A stretch of 64,000 nt of DNA from NCBI GenBank assembly GCA_965195285.1, contig CBDAFS010000039.1, forward strand, positions 74,882 through 138,881. Direction: 5' to 3'. This DNA is from an uncultured Aminicenantes bacterium. GTDB lineage: Bacteria > Acidobacteriota > Aminicenantia > UBA2199. Numbering within the stretch: the stretch's first letter is position 1; each line of letters opens with the position of its first letter. Positions 38,671 to 47,777 of the stretch are shown here, one piece after another. The notes beneath the pieces were generated by a model. It made no database searches and was not told the DNA's origin. It was given only the letters and a program-made list of their open reading frames with translations. A program made the position numbers and the translations under genes.

Positions 38671-41034
38671 TTATTTTACCTTTCTCTGAATCAATGAAAC
38701 CGACCCGATTTTCCAGATCCCCCGGCCATAGGTGGCACAGACCAGGGTATTGTCCCGGGGATGAACAAACAAATCCCAGACAAAGCAGGTAGGCAATCCG
38801 TTTGCCAGTGCATGCCACGACTGTCCTTTGTTCAGGGTGACATAAACACCAAAATCAGTGCCCACATATAATATTTTATCTTTCTTTGGATCCTCAAATA
38901 CCACATTTACCGGTCCGCCCGGCAAGTTGGTTGAAATATCAACCCAGGTCCGGCCGAAATCGGTAGATTTGTACAAGTAGGCGTTGAAATCATCATCCCG
39001 CTTGCCATTCAGAGAAACATATATGGTTCCTAATTCATAGGCCGATGCCACCACTCTGGACACATGCTTCTTAACGGGTAAACCCCTGGTAATTTCTCTC
39101 CACTTCAAACCGTGATTTTCCGTACACCAGACCCGTCCGTCATCGGTTCCCACAACCAACAACCCAAATTTCAGGGAAGATTCAGATATGCTGGATATGG
39201 TGGCAAAGGATATTTTTGCCGGGGAGACTCCCTGTTGAGCCGGATCATTATAGGTCAGATCATTGCTTATTCTCTCCCAGTCATCCCCTTGGTTTAAAGA
39301 CCGGAACACAACCTGCATACAGTGATAAATGATCTTATTGTTGTGAGGAGAAATGATAAAGGGCGCCAGCCATTGCCCCCTCAAAAGAGGTTTTCCCTTT
39401 TTTATTTTCGGTAAAATATTAACCGTTTTGGCCGGGGTTTTTGAAAAATCCGTGCGAATGATTCGGCCATAAAAACTGGCCGAGTAAAAAATATTGGAAT
39501 CGGTGGGATCAACCGCACAATAACATCCCTCTCCTCCCGGAACCATGGTCCAGGGGGTCTTTAAGCGGTCAAAGGCATTGGGAAGTTCCGGCTTATAGTC
39601 AATGTTTCCCTTATAGGTTCCATGGTCCTGCACCGAACCGTAAATATTGAAGGGTTTCTCCATATCATAGGTAATATTACAGAACTGCACCACCGGATGA
39701 ATGGTACGAAAGTTCTGCCAGGTTTTACCGGCATCATAGGAGACATTCACCCCTCCGTCATTTCCATTAACAACAAATTTCGAATTGTTGGGGTCAATCC
39801 ACATGGCATGATGGTCGACATGAAGCCCGGGATAACGAATGACTTTAAAATTTTTTCCGCCGTCCGTTGATTTGGCCAGGGGAACGCCCATGATGTATAC
39901 GGTATTCTCATCGCCGGGATCCACCCGGATCTGGCCGAACACCCAGCCATATGTACTCAGTAAACGCTCCATCACTGCATTGCTTTTGCTGACCTTGACA
40001 AAGGAGTCCCCCACGTCATCCGATCGGTAAACCTCTGCGCCCTTGATTCTTGGTTTTTTCAATACCCGACCGTAAGAATCCCTTTCCCCGGCACCCGGTT
40101 TTTTTCCTGCTTCATGGTTATCAATTAGAACATAAACAACCCGGGGATTGCTTCGGCAGATATCAATTCCAATCCGACCCGTGTATTTGTAGTCGGGTAA
40201 TCCCTGGGTCAGGATCTTCCAGGTTTGTCCGCCATCAAAGGTTTTAAAGAGACCGTCACCCGGTCCTGGTACCGGATCACTCCAGCGTTTCCGGGTTCTA
40301 TTCCACATGGATACGATCAGGGTTTGTGAATCCTCCGGATGCATGATGAGATCGATGGCTCCGGTAGTTTGATTGAGATAAAAAATCTTTTTCCAGGTTA
40401 TTCCGCCATCCACGGTTTTGTACAACCCGCGTTCGGGATTGACGGTCCATTCATTTCCGGATGCCGCCACATACACAATATCCGGATTGGTGGGATGAAT
40501 GATGATGCGTGCGATGGTATGGGTCTCTTCAAGCCCCATATGCTTCCAGTCCTGACCGCCATTGATGGATTTGTATATTCCCACTCCGGCAACCGAACCC
40601 CGAAATATATTGGCTTCTCCTGTCCCCACCCAGACAGTATCGGGTTGAGAGGCTGAAATGGCAATATCACCGATGGATATGGATGCCACATCATCCATGA
40701 TGGGGAACCAGGTAGTTCCCGAATTTTCGGTCTTCCAGACCCCGCCAGTTGCCGCCCCGGCAAATATAATCCCCCGGTTTTGGGGATGAACTTCTACATC
40801 CGTGATTCGCCCGCTGATAATATCCGGGCCCACAAACTTCCACTTCAACAACTTGAATGGAGATTTTTTCTTTAAAACCTGATGCTGGGCGAACCAGGCC
40901 AGCCTCTGCTTGGCCGGTGTATTTACGATCAGCTTCCCCTTTCGGCTTTTGGCATAAACCTGATCGGTTTGAACCGAAAGCAATATCAGGGATAATACCA
41001 GATAAAAAAGTAATTTAATTGATTTTCTTTTCAT
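38671..41034 (-). CDS. secreted BNR/Asp-box (VPS10/sortilin-like) beta-propeller protein
   Basis: Signal peptide; repeated S/T-x-D-G-G-x-T-W boxes; HVDHH; ATYGRGIW. Confidence 0.86.
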   Translation of the reverse strand: MKRKSIKLLFYLVLSLILLSVQTDQVYAKSRKGKLIVNTPAKQRLAWFAQHQVLKKKSPFKLLKWKFVGPDIISGRITDVEVHPQNRGIIFAGAATGGVWKTENSGTTWFPIMDDVASISIGDIAISASQPDTVWVGTGEANIFRGSVAGVGIYKSINGGQDWKHMGLEETHTIARIIIHPTNPDIVYVAASGNEWTVNPERGLYKTVDGGITWKKIFYLNQTTGAIDLIMHPEDSQTLIVSMWNRTRKRWSDPVPGPGDGLFKTFDGGQTWKILTQGLPDYKYTGRIGIDICRSNPRVVYVLIDNHEAGKKPGAGERDSYGRVLKKPRIKGAEVYRSDDVGDSFVKVSKSNAVMERLLSTYGWVFGQIRVDPGDENTVYIMGVPLAKSTDGGKNFKVIRYPGLHVDHHAMWIDPNNSKFVVNGNDGGVNVSYDAGKTWQNFRTIHPVVQFCNITYDMEKPFNIYGSVQDHGTYKGNIDYKPELPNAFDRLKTPWTMVPGGEGCYCAVDPTDSNIFYSASFYGRIIRTDFSKTPAKTVNILPKIKKGKPLLRGQWLAPFIISPHNNKIIYHCMQVVFRSLNQGDDWERISNDLTYNDPAQQGVSPAKISFATISSISESSLKFGLLVVGTDDGRVWCTENHGLKWREITRGLPVKKHVSRVVASAYELGTIYVSLNGKRDDDFNAYLYKSTDFGRTWVDISTNLPGGPVNVVFEDPKKDKILYVGTDFGVYVTLNKGQSWHALANGLPTCFVWDLFVHPRDNTLVCATYGRGIWKIGSVSLIQRKVK

Positions 41035-41166
41035 AAAACCTCCTGAAATAATTCCGTTATTTTAATGGGTTGACAATATCAGATCCACATCATTGTCAAT
41101 GCATCACAACATATCATTGTATATGAATTTTTATTTTATTTCAAAATCAATCTATTTCTCTCACAA

Positions 41167-41619
41167 TCACTTCAGGGCGGCCCAGCATTCGATTTCCACC
41201 CGGGCTCCCAGGGCCAGGCCGCTGGCTCCAAAGGCGCTTCGGGCCGGTTTATGCCCTGGGAAATAGGTCACATAAATCTGGTTCATGTCTCCCCATTCAC
41301 TGATATCTGCCAGCATAGCCGTGCATTTGACCACCCGGTTCATGGAACTCCCGAATTTTTCCAAAGTGACTTTGATGTTTTTCATGGTCTGGCGGGTTTC
41401 CGCTTTAATGCCACCCGGAACCAATTTACCGGTATCGGGGTCAACTCCAAGCTGTCCGGAAAGAATCAATAAATCACCCACTCGAACCGCTTCACAAAAG
41501 GGTTTGGTCGCATCCGATCCCAGATATTCCACCGATACCGGTTCATCATTACCCTTTTCCCCCTGACAGGAAACCAGTGAAAACAAGAATAAAACAGCAA
41601 GCAATGATTTTACTCTCAT
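41167..41619 (-). CDS. RidA/YjgF family protein with lipoprotein signal
   Basis: LSGQLG, MNQIY, PARSA, VEIEC; signal ending LVSC; GGAGG RBS before ATG 41619. Confidence 0.88.
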   Translation of the reverse strand: MRVKSLLAVLFLFSLVSCQGEKGNDEPVSVEYLGSDATKPFCEAVRVGDLLILSGQLGVDPDTGKLVPGGIKAETRQTMKNIKVTLEKFGSSMNRVVKCTAMLADISEWGDMNQIYVTYFPGHKPARSAFGASGLALGARVEIECWAALK

Positions 41620-41739
41620 GATAATCCTCCTTATAAAATGTATCAGGTCATATATCCCGGTCAATTTAAATCAATATAATTATTTTAAATGATTGATGTT
41701 CTGATTTCAAATGGTTGTACTGATTCCTCAAAATACTCA

Positions 41740-41768
41740 TTGACAAAGAATCGGTTTCTACCCATAAT
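41740..41768 (+). promoter_or_regulatory. putative sigma70 promoter
   Basis: TTGACA-N17-CATAAT; AAGGAGG RBS downstream. Confidence 0.6.
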
Positions 41769-41797
41769 ATTCCTGATATGGTAAAGGAGGAAAACCC

Positions 41798-42658
41798 ATG
41801 GATACAAAAGTGATTAACTTATATCATGAATACAGGAATCAGCATCTGGACCGCCGATCATTTCTCAGAAGGTTGATCACCCTGGCCGGAGGCTCAGTTG
41901 CTGCCGTGGCTCTGATTCCCCTACTGGAAAATAAATCTGGCCGGGCCCGGGTGGTTTTCAGAGATGATGCCCGTCTGGATACAGCAACCATCCAGTATCC
42001 CGGTGAAACCGGCAGGGTAAGCGCCTATCTGGCCAAACCCAAAGACGACGGCAAACATCCGGGTATAATTGTCATCCACGAGAATAAGGGCCTTCGCCCC
42101 CATATCAGGGATGTGGCCCGGCGTGTGGCTCTGGAAGGATTTATGGTGATTGCACCGGATGCCCTGTCTCCTCTGGGCGGAAGTCCTGGTGATTCCGATA
42201 AGGCCCGGTCACGCATGAGAGAACTGGACCCCCAATCCACGGTTAAGAATTATGTGGCTGCAGTCAAATATCTGAAAACCCATCCCCAAACCACGGGAAA
42301 GGTGGGATGCATGGGATTCTGCTGGGGAGGCGGAGTAACCAATCAAGTAGCAGTCCTTTCTGCAGATCTCACCGCTGCGGTTCCCTTTTACGGGAGGCAA
42401 CCAAAATCTGAAGATGTCCCCAACATCAAAGCCTCCTTGCTCTGCCATTACGGAGAACTGGACAAACGGATCAATGAAGGAATTGAAGCCTTTGAAGCGG
42501 CACTGAAAGCCAATTCTGTTAAATACAAAATATTTATGTATGAGGGGGCCAAACATGCTTTCTTCAATGATACCCGGCCGGACCGGTATCACCCGGAAGC
42601 ATCCAGACTGGCCTGGAAGCGGACCATCGATTTTTTCAAAGAAGAGTTAAAGATCTAA
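41798..42658 (+). CDS. dienelactone hydrolase family protein (YghX-like) with twin-arginine motif
   Basis: DRRSFL, VIHEN, GFCWG nucleophile, HAFFND. Confidence 0.9.
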   Translation: MDTKVINLYHEYRNQHLDRRSFLRRLITLAGGSVAAVALIPLLENKSGRARVVFRDDARLDTATIQYPGETGRVSAYLAKPKDDGKHPGIIVIHENKGLRPHIRDVARRVALEGFMVIAPDALSPLGGSPGDSDKARSRMRELDPQSTVKNYVAAVKYLKTHPQTTGKVGCMGFCWGGGVTNQVAVLSADLTAAVPFYGRQPKSEDVPNIKASLLCHYGELDKRINEGIEAFEAALKANSVKYKIFMYEGAKHAFFNDTRPDRYHPEASRLAWKRTIDFFKEELKI

Positions 42659-42679
42659 ATACCAGGATTATGTAAAAAA

Positions 42680-42937
42680 AACGTAAATCGTGAGGACGTA
42701 AGACGTGAAACTTCTGGCTTCTGACTCCTGGCTCCTCAGACTTAGGTTAAGGCAAAGGTAAAGGAAAATAATTTTTTTTTGAATATCGAATATCGAATGA
42801 CGAACAAGGAATAATGAAGTGTTATCAAAAAATGAATCTTTCCCTTCGATATTCATGATTCGACATTCGGTGTTCATCATTCAATGTTTAATAAGAATCA
42901 CTTCGTTTCGGATTTCGAATTTAGGTTTTCGGATTTT
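42680..42937. repeat. intergenic degenerate heptamer-repeat arrays, partly inverted
   Basis: CTTCTGG/CTTCTGA/CTCCTGG; GAATATC GAATATC GAATGAC GAACAAG GAATAAT; TTCGATA TTCATGA TTCGACA TTCGGTG TTCATCA; TTCGGAT TTCGAAT. Confidence 0.7.
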
Positions 42938-44069
42938 CCCGGCGCCACTGGGCAGCCACTTCATCCACAAATGGCTTACAGTGGGTAAAAAACTGTTTAT
43001 ACCCCTGGCACAGGTAATTGAGCCCCAACTCCCCGTCCGGTGTCTTTATGAAACGATTTTTTGGGCATCCGCCATTGCACATGTCCAGAACCTCACACTG
43101 TTTGCAATATCCCGGGAGTCGATCCGATTTTGCCCGGCCAAAGGACCTCTGAGCCGGGCTTTCGAGCAATTCCGATAAAGGCATTTCTATGATATTACCC
43201 AATCGATGATCGGCATCTACAAAATGATCACAGCTATAAAAATCCCCGTTGTGCTCCACCACCGGGATATCACCACAGGTTTTGCGAAATATGCACAGTG
43301 AATGATCCAGCCCAAAGGCGGTTCTGGCAGCTTCTTCGAATATTTGGATTTTGATCTGTCCGATATCCTGGTTCATCCATTCATCAAAAATAGTACAGAG
43401 AAAATTTCCAAATGCCTTTGAGGGAACGGTGCGCCGGCTCACTCCTGTAGTTCTCTCCGGTTCGGATTCTACCAGAGGGAGAAAACTCACATATTGTACA
43501 CCAATCTGCTTGAAGAACCGGTATATTTCTTCAGGATAACGGACATTGGTATCATTGACCACACAGAGTATCTCGGTATTGGCTCCCTGACCCCTCAGGA
43601 GATCATATCCCTTCCTCACCTGGCTGAAGGTGGGTTTTCCGCTTTTGGTTCGACGGTAGCGGTCATGCAGCTTCCTGGGCCCGTCCAGGCTCAATCCCAC
43701 ATAGAAGCTTTCTGCTGCCAGAAATTGGCACCATTGCTCATTCAGCAGGGTACCGTTGGTCTGTATTCCGTTGAATATTTTCCGGTTTCCCGGCAGGTGT
43801 TTTTTCTGCAGGGCTACAATTTTACGGAAATAGTCCAGTCCCAGAAGCGTGGGTTCGCCGCCGTGCCATGAAAAGCGGATCACCGGTTCGCCGGAGGCCT
43901 CGATATGCTGGACAATATACTCTTCCAGGATTATATCCGGCATCCGGAAGGATTCGGTTTCTGGGTAGAGCCGGTTTTTTTTCAAATAATAACAATACTC
44001 ACAATTCAGGTTGCAGGCAGCCCCGATGGGTTTGACAAAAACCTGAAACATCCGGCTTACTGAATCCAC
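42921..44069 (-). CDS. anaerobic sulfatase maturase (radical SAM/SPASM, anSME)
   Basis: KPIGAACNLNCEYCYY, WHGGEP, QTNG, YSCDHFV, CKQCEVLDMCNGGCPKNR, NYLC. Confidence 0.93.
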   Translation of the reverse strand: MDSVSRMFQVFVKPIGAACNLNCEYCYYLKKNRLYPETESFRMPDIILEEYIVQHIEASGEPVIRFSWHGGEPTLLGLDYFRKIVALQKKHLPGNRKIFNGIQTNGTLLNEQWCQFLAAESFYVGLSLDGPRKLHDRYRRTKSGKPTFSQVRKGYDLLRGQGANTEILCVVNDTNVRYPEEIYRFFKQIGVQYVSFLPLVESEPERTTGVSRRTVPSKAFGNFLCTIFDEWMNQDIGQIKIQIFEEAARTAFGLDHSLCIFRKTCGDIPVVEHNGDFYSCDHFVDADHRLGNIIEMPLSELLESPAQRSFGRAKSDRLPGYCKQCEVLDMCNGGCPKNRFIKTPDGELGLNYLCQGYKQFFTHCKPFVDEVAAQWRRENPKT

Positions 44070-44160
44070 TTCTCGACCTTCAATCTCCTGATAAAATTGT
44101 AGGGAAAAGCGGTCAAAATATCAACTTTTAAATCCGGTGCCTTGATTTTTGAGTGAGAAA

Positions 44161-44715
44161 TTATTTTTTCGGTGGAAAGTTTTTTAAGATTTGAGCAACT
44201 GTTTTCTTAACCAGACTACCGAGTTCTGTCGGAGACAGATCAGCCGGAATGACTTTTGAAGCATACCCCCTCCATATTAATTTTTTCTCCCGGGTAGACA
44301 CCACATCAATAAACAAGGTCCCTTCTGCAAGTTGTTGCACATATCCACTTCCCGTAGAATGATACTGAACCCCGCGCCAGTAATGGGGATCCATGCTATA
44401 CCCCCAATCGGTCAGTTTGAGCATATCTTTCCTTTTGGTATGAATGGCAATCAGTATATCGGGATTCTCTATATTTCTTTTTAAGCCTTTGGATTGTAAA
44501 CTCGTGGTTACCGCTTCTATTCCATTGGTTAAAACCACCGGATTTGTCTTTACATTGGCCGGAATGGGCATAAAAGAAAATGTTTTAAAATCATAGAAAT
44601 TCTTTCCGGTATGATACTCATAAACAATTTTTGTTTGAGTGGAACAATTGGATACCAAGCCCAGCAATAATATTATAAAAAATAGTATAAGATTTATTAA
44701 TAATATTCGCTTCAT
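44161..44715 (-). CDS. DUF4136-type lipoprotein
   Basis: Lipobox VSNC, FKTFSF, LQSKG, EGTLFID, LIWRG, NFPP; AGGAGG RBS before ATG 44715. Confidence 0.8.
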   Translation of the reverse strand: MKRILLINLILFFIILLLGLVSNCSTQTKIVYEYHTGKNFYDFKTFSFMPIPANVKTNPVVLTNGIEAVTTSLQSKGLKRNIENPDILIAIHTKRKDMLKLTDWGYSMDPHYWRGVQYHSTGSGYVQQLAEGTLFIDVVSTREKKLIWRGYASKVIPADLSPTELGSLVKKTVAQILKNFPPKK

Positions 44716-44842
44716 GAAAACCTCCTGGCAAATACGCTTCATAAATGAAACATACCTGAATACCTACGATATTATCATGAAAAGAGAGTCATATCAACTG
44801 GATTTCAGTCAAATACACCTCTCTTTGGAAAAAAGACTGAAC

Positions 44843-47167
44843 TTATTGAGTTGATTTTATACGCATCTCGATGAAATCTGACAGCCGCTTGGCCATGGGA
44901 TGTTCCGGATGGATTGAAATCAATTTGTCTGCAAACTGTTTGGCCCGGGGATATTCCCCGGTTTTGACATAATGATCGGCCATGGCAAAGAGAAAATCAG
45001 CATTATCCGGTTCCTGCCCGAGGGCTCTTTTAAGGGAAGCTTCTGCTTCGGAATAGCGATTCAAAACCTGGTAGATCAGGCCCAGGTTGTAGTGAATGCG
45101 GGCCCGCTGGGGTAGTCCCCGGGCAGCCCTTTCCAGATAAGGGGCTGCCTTGTCATATCGCTTCATTTCAGCCAGTAAAAGTCCCAATGAGTAAGCCACT
45201 TCAGCTGAATCAGGTTGGCCTTTTTCTACTTCCCGAAGCATCGCCAAGGCCTTGTCATTTTTTCCCATCTGGTTATACAGGATGGCCAGGTTGTTTTTGG
45301 CTTGGAGGAAAAGGTTGTCTATCTTTATGGCCGCCTGGTAATGCTGAACGGCCAGTTCATGTAATCCCTGGTTGGTGTACAGGTTTCCCAGGTTGAACCG
45401 CCCGGAGGCAAAATCCGACGCATAAAGCATAAATTCTTTGTATTCACCCAGGGCGCGTTCAAAAGCAGCCCGTTCCGGGTTTTTGAACTGTTTGGCCGGG
45501 ATGGTGGACAAATTCATGGCAGCCTGGGCCCGGACTGACTTACGGGGGTCATACAACAGCGGTGCGATTATATTCAGACGTTCCCGGGGATCAATCCAGC
45601 TATAGAAATGAACTGCCGTGTGACGGATCAGAGATTCTCCATCCGTTAAAGCCTTTTTTAATAATTCTATATTTGCATATCCGGGATACATGCTCAAAAG
45701 TGAAAGCGCCGTGGCCCGAACATTTACCGGATATAATTCATTCTCTACCAGTTTGATCAGGTTGGGTATGGCTTCCGGTTTTCTCCTGCGGCCGGCATCC
45801 AGTAAAGTACCATAGTGAGGTTTTCGGCCGATACCATACCACTTGGTGAATTCTTGGTTGGCCCATTCATCCGATTTGTCCCGATGGCAGCGGGTACAGG
45901 CGTTGGGAGTCTTTATGTTTAAACTAAGATCGGGCCGGGGAATTCGAAAACTATGGTCATTTCGCAGGTCATTCCCCATGTAGTACCGGGCGGGCATATG
46001 ACATTCGATGCATTCAGCACCCTTCCCTACCGCAACAATCTTATTGCCAGACAACCTCAGCGGCTCACCTTCTTCGCCCTTTTTTTTATGAAAATGGTGG
46101 CTGTACCGGTCATAGACATCCTGTTGATGACAGGTCAGACACATGTCATTGGGTTCCTTCCCTGCCAGCAACTCCAAACTGTGGGCATCGTGACAGTCCC
46201 GGCAGCTGACCTCATTTCGATACATCTTACTCTGGATAAAAGATCCGTACACATAGACCTCACCCAGAATCTGACCGTCAGCAAAATAGAGATCTTCGGA
46301 AAGCAGCGCAGGAATGGCAATATCCAGTAGATCTTTAGAAGGATGGTCAAAATCACCCAATTGAGAGCGGCGGGAATGGCAGCGGGCACAGATATCAACA
46401 TACCCTTTGGAAGTCAGGTTGGAGGTTTGCGTGGCCAGTTCATAATTGCTGGCTTGCGGCCGGGCCATTTCCGGTAATTCGGCCCACTCCACATGGCGGG
46501 ACCCTGGCCCATGGCAGGCCTCACAATTGACATCGATTTCAGACCAGGTGGTGTTGAAGGTGTCTGTCTCGGGATCATAGCCCTTCCTGAGATGGGTGGA
46601 GTGACACTCGGCACACATGGTGTTCCAATTCTGACCGGGATTGGTCCAGTAGAGCCAGTCATCCGGTAGAATTTTTTCATCCGGATACACCTCAGTAAAA
46701 AGATGGAACCATTTTTTCTTCTCCGTATCCCAGGCAATGGGCAAACACTGAAGACGTCCACCCTCAAAAGGTACTAAATATTGCTGAAGCGGAGTAATTC
46801 CAAAGGTATGGGTAATCTCAAAATCAGCCATCCTGCCATCCGGACCCGGTGTGTTAATAAAAAACTTTTCGCCTTGGCGAAAAAAACGAGAGGTAACACC
46901 GTCATGTTCAAGGGTGGCATTGTTAAAATCACCTTTAACACTTTTTTCACTGGCAATATCCATGGCATCATCGTGATGGGAACCCAGCCACTTATCATAT
47001 TCCTTCCGGTGACAGTCCACACATTTTTGACCCCCCACGAATGTGGCCTCCCGAAGAGGACTCTGGGTATGGAACAGACCGAATATATGGACCTTCAGAA
47101 GATATATGGGTATGGCCAGAACAATGGCAACCGCTGCCAAAAAACCGGTTATCTTCCAGGCTCTCAT
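44843..47167 (-). CDS. octaheme c-type cytochrome with HEAT and TPR repeats
   Basis: Eight CxxCH motifs (CVDCH, CAECH, CEACH, CARCH, CRDCH, CLTCH, CIECH, CTRCH); N-terminal anchor; C-terminal TPRs. Confidence 0.92.
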   Translation of the reverse strand: MRAWKITGFLAAVAIVLAIPIYLLKVHIFGLFHTQSPLREATFVGGQKCVDCHRKEYDKWLGSHHDDAMDIASEKSVKGDFNNATLEHDGVTSRFFRQGEKFFINTPGPDGRMADFEITHTFGITPLQQYLVPFEGGRLQCLPIAWDTEKKKWFHLFTEVYPDEKILPDDWLYWTNPGQNWNTMCAECHSTHLRKGYDPETDTFNTTWSEIDVNCEACHGPGSRHVEWAELPEMARPQASNYELATQTSNLTSKGYVDICARCHSRRSQLGDFDHPSKDLLDIAIPALLSEDLYFADGQILGEVYVYGSFIQSKMYRNEVSCRDCHDAHSLELLAGKEPNDMCLTCHQQDVYDRYSHHFHKKKGEEGEPLRLSGNKIVAVGKGAECIECHMPARYYMGNDLRNDHSFRIPRPDLSLNIKTPNACTRCHRDKSDEWANQEFTKWYGIGRKPHYGTLLDAGRRRKPEAIPNLIKLVENELYPVNVRATALSLLSMYPGYANIELLKKALTDGESLIRHTAVHFYSWIDPRERLNIIAPLLYDPRKSVRAQAAMNLSTIPAKQFKNPERAAFERALGEYKEFMLYASDFASGRFNLGNLYTNQGLHELAVQHYQAAIKIDNLFLQAKNNLAILYNQMGKNDKALAMLREVEKGQPDSAEVAYSLGLLLAEMKRYDKAAPYLERAARGLPQRARIHYNLGLIYQVLNRYSEAEASLKRALGQEPDNADFLFAMADHYVKTGEYPRAKQFADKLISIHPEHPMAKRLSDFIEMRIKSTQ

Positions 47168-47739
47168 TCCGGTTTCACCCAGTTCTTCGGTTCCTGCGGC
47201 TTTTTAGCCTGAGAGGGATTGTACCGTTTTCTCTGCAGGGCTTTGGCCGTATCCACTTTAACGATCTCATTTTCAATAATGACCGGAAACAGGTCCAGAG
47301 CGCGCGGGGCAGGTGGATTAATCACATCCCCCTTTATATCAAAGCTTGAGGAATGACAGGGGCAGAGAAACTTGTTTTGTTTTTGGTACCAGCTGACCGT
47401 ACAACCCAGGTGGGTACATCGCCGGGAAAAAGCTAAAAAACCACCGTCTTCCAGCCGGGACAGGAAAAAATGACCCCGGGCAAAGGCAGTAACCGTGCCG
47501 GGTTCAAAGCTTTCGGCAGCACCGGCTTCAATAAGACTGCCGAATTCTCCGCCTTTGGCAGGGCGTTTTCGGGGTTTTAAAAAAGCAGTAATGACCGCAA
47601 TGGCTTCGACTATGGCCAGCCCACCCAGTCCCAGAAGGATTTTGGTCAGGAATCCCCGGCGGCCGTGATCGGGTTGATCGGTATCCGAATTCAATTGTTT
47701 TTTCGTTTCGGTTTTATTCTTAGAGATTATATTATTCAT
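47164..47739 (-). CDS. Rieske [2Fe-2S] subunit (QcrA/PetC-like)
   Basis: Tat motif GRRGFL plus TM helix; CTHLGC and CPCH boxes; PPAPRAL. Confidence 0.93.
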   Translation of the reverse strand: MNNIISKNKTETKKQLNSDTDQPDHGRRGFLTKILLGLGGLAIVEAIAVITAFLKPRKRPAKGGEFGSLIEAGAAESFEPGTVTAFARGHFFLSRLEDGGFLAFSRRCTHLGCTVSWYQKQNKFLCPCHSSSFDIKGDVINPPAPRALDLFPVIIENEIVKVDTAKALQRKRYNPSQAKKPQEPKNWVKPE

Positions 47740-47777
47740 TGGCTCAATCCATACCCATTATCCAGGTTCATCCCGAA

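Noticed and set aside
41070-41099. TTGACAAT...ATTGTCAA inverted repeat
   Set aside because: Only 8-bp arms in AT-rich DNA; cannot assign a regulator or terminator
42668-42880. 70-aa ORF MMNTECRIMNIEG
   Set aside because: Translation of the heptamer repeat tract, not a credible protein
42921-44069. Second RiPP cluster around this radical SAM/SPASM gene
   Set aside because: Sequence matches anaerobic sulfatase maturases, a Cys-type sulfatase is in the same locus, and no precursor or RRE is adjacent
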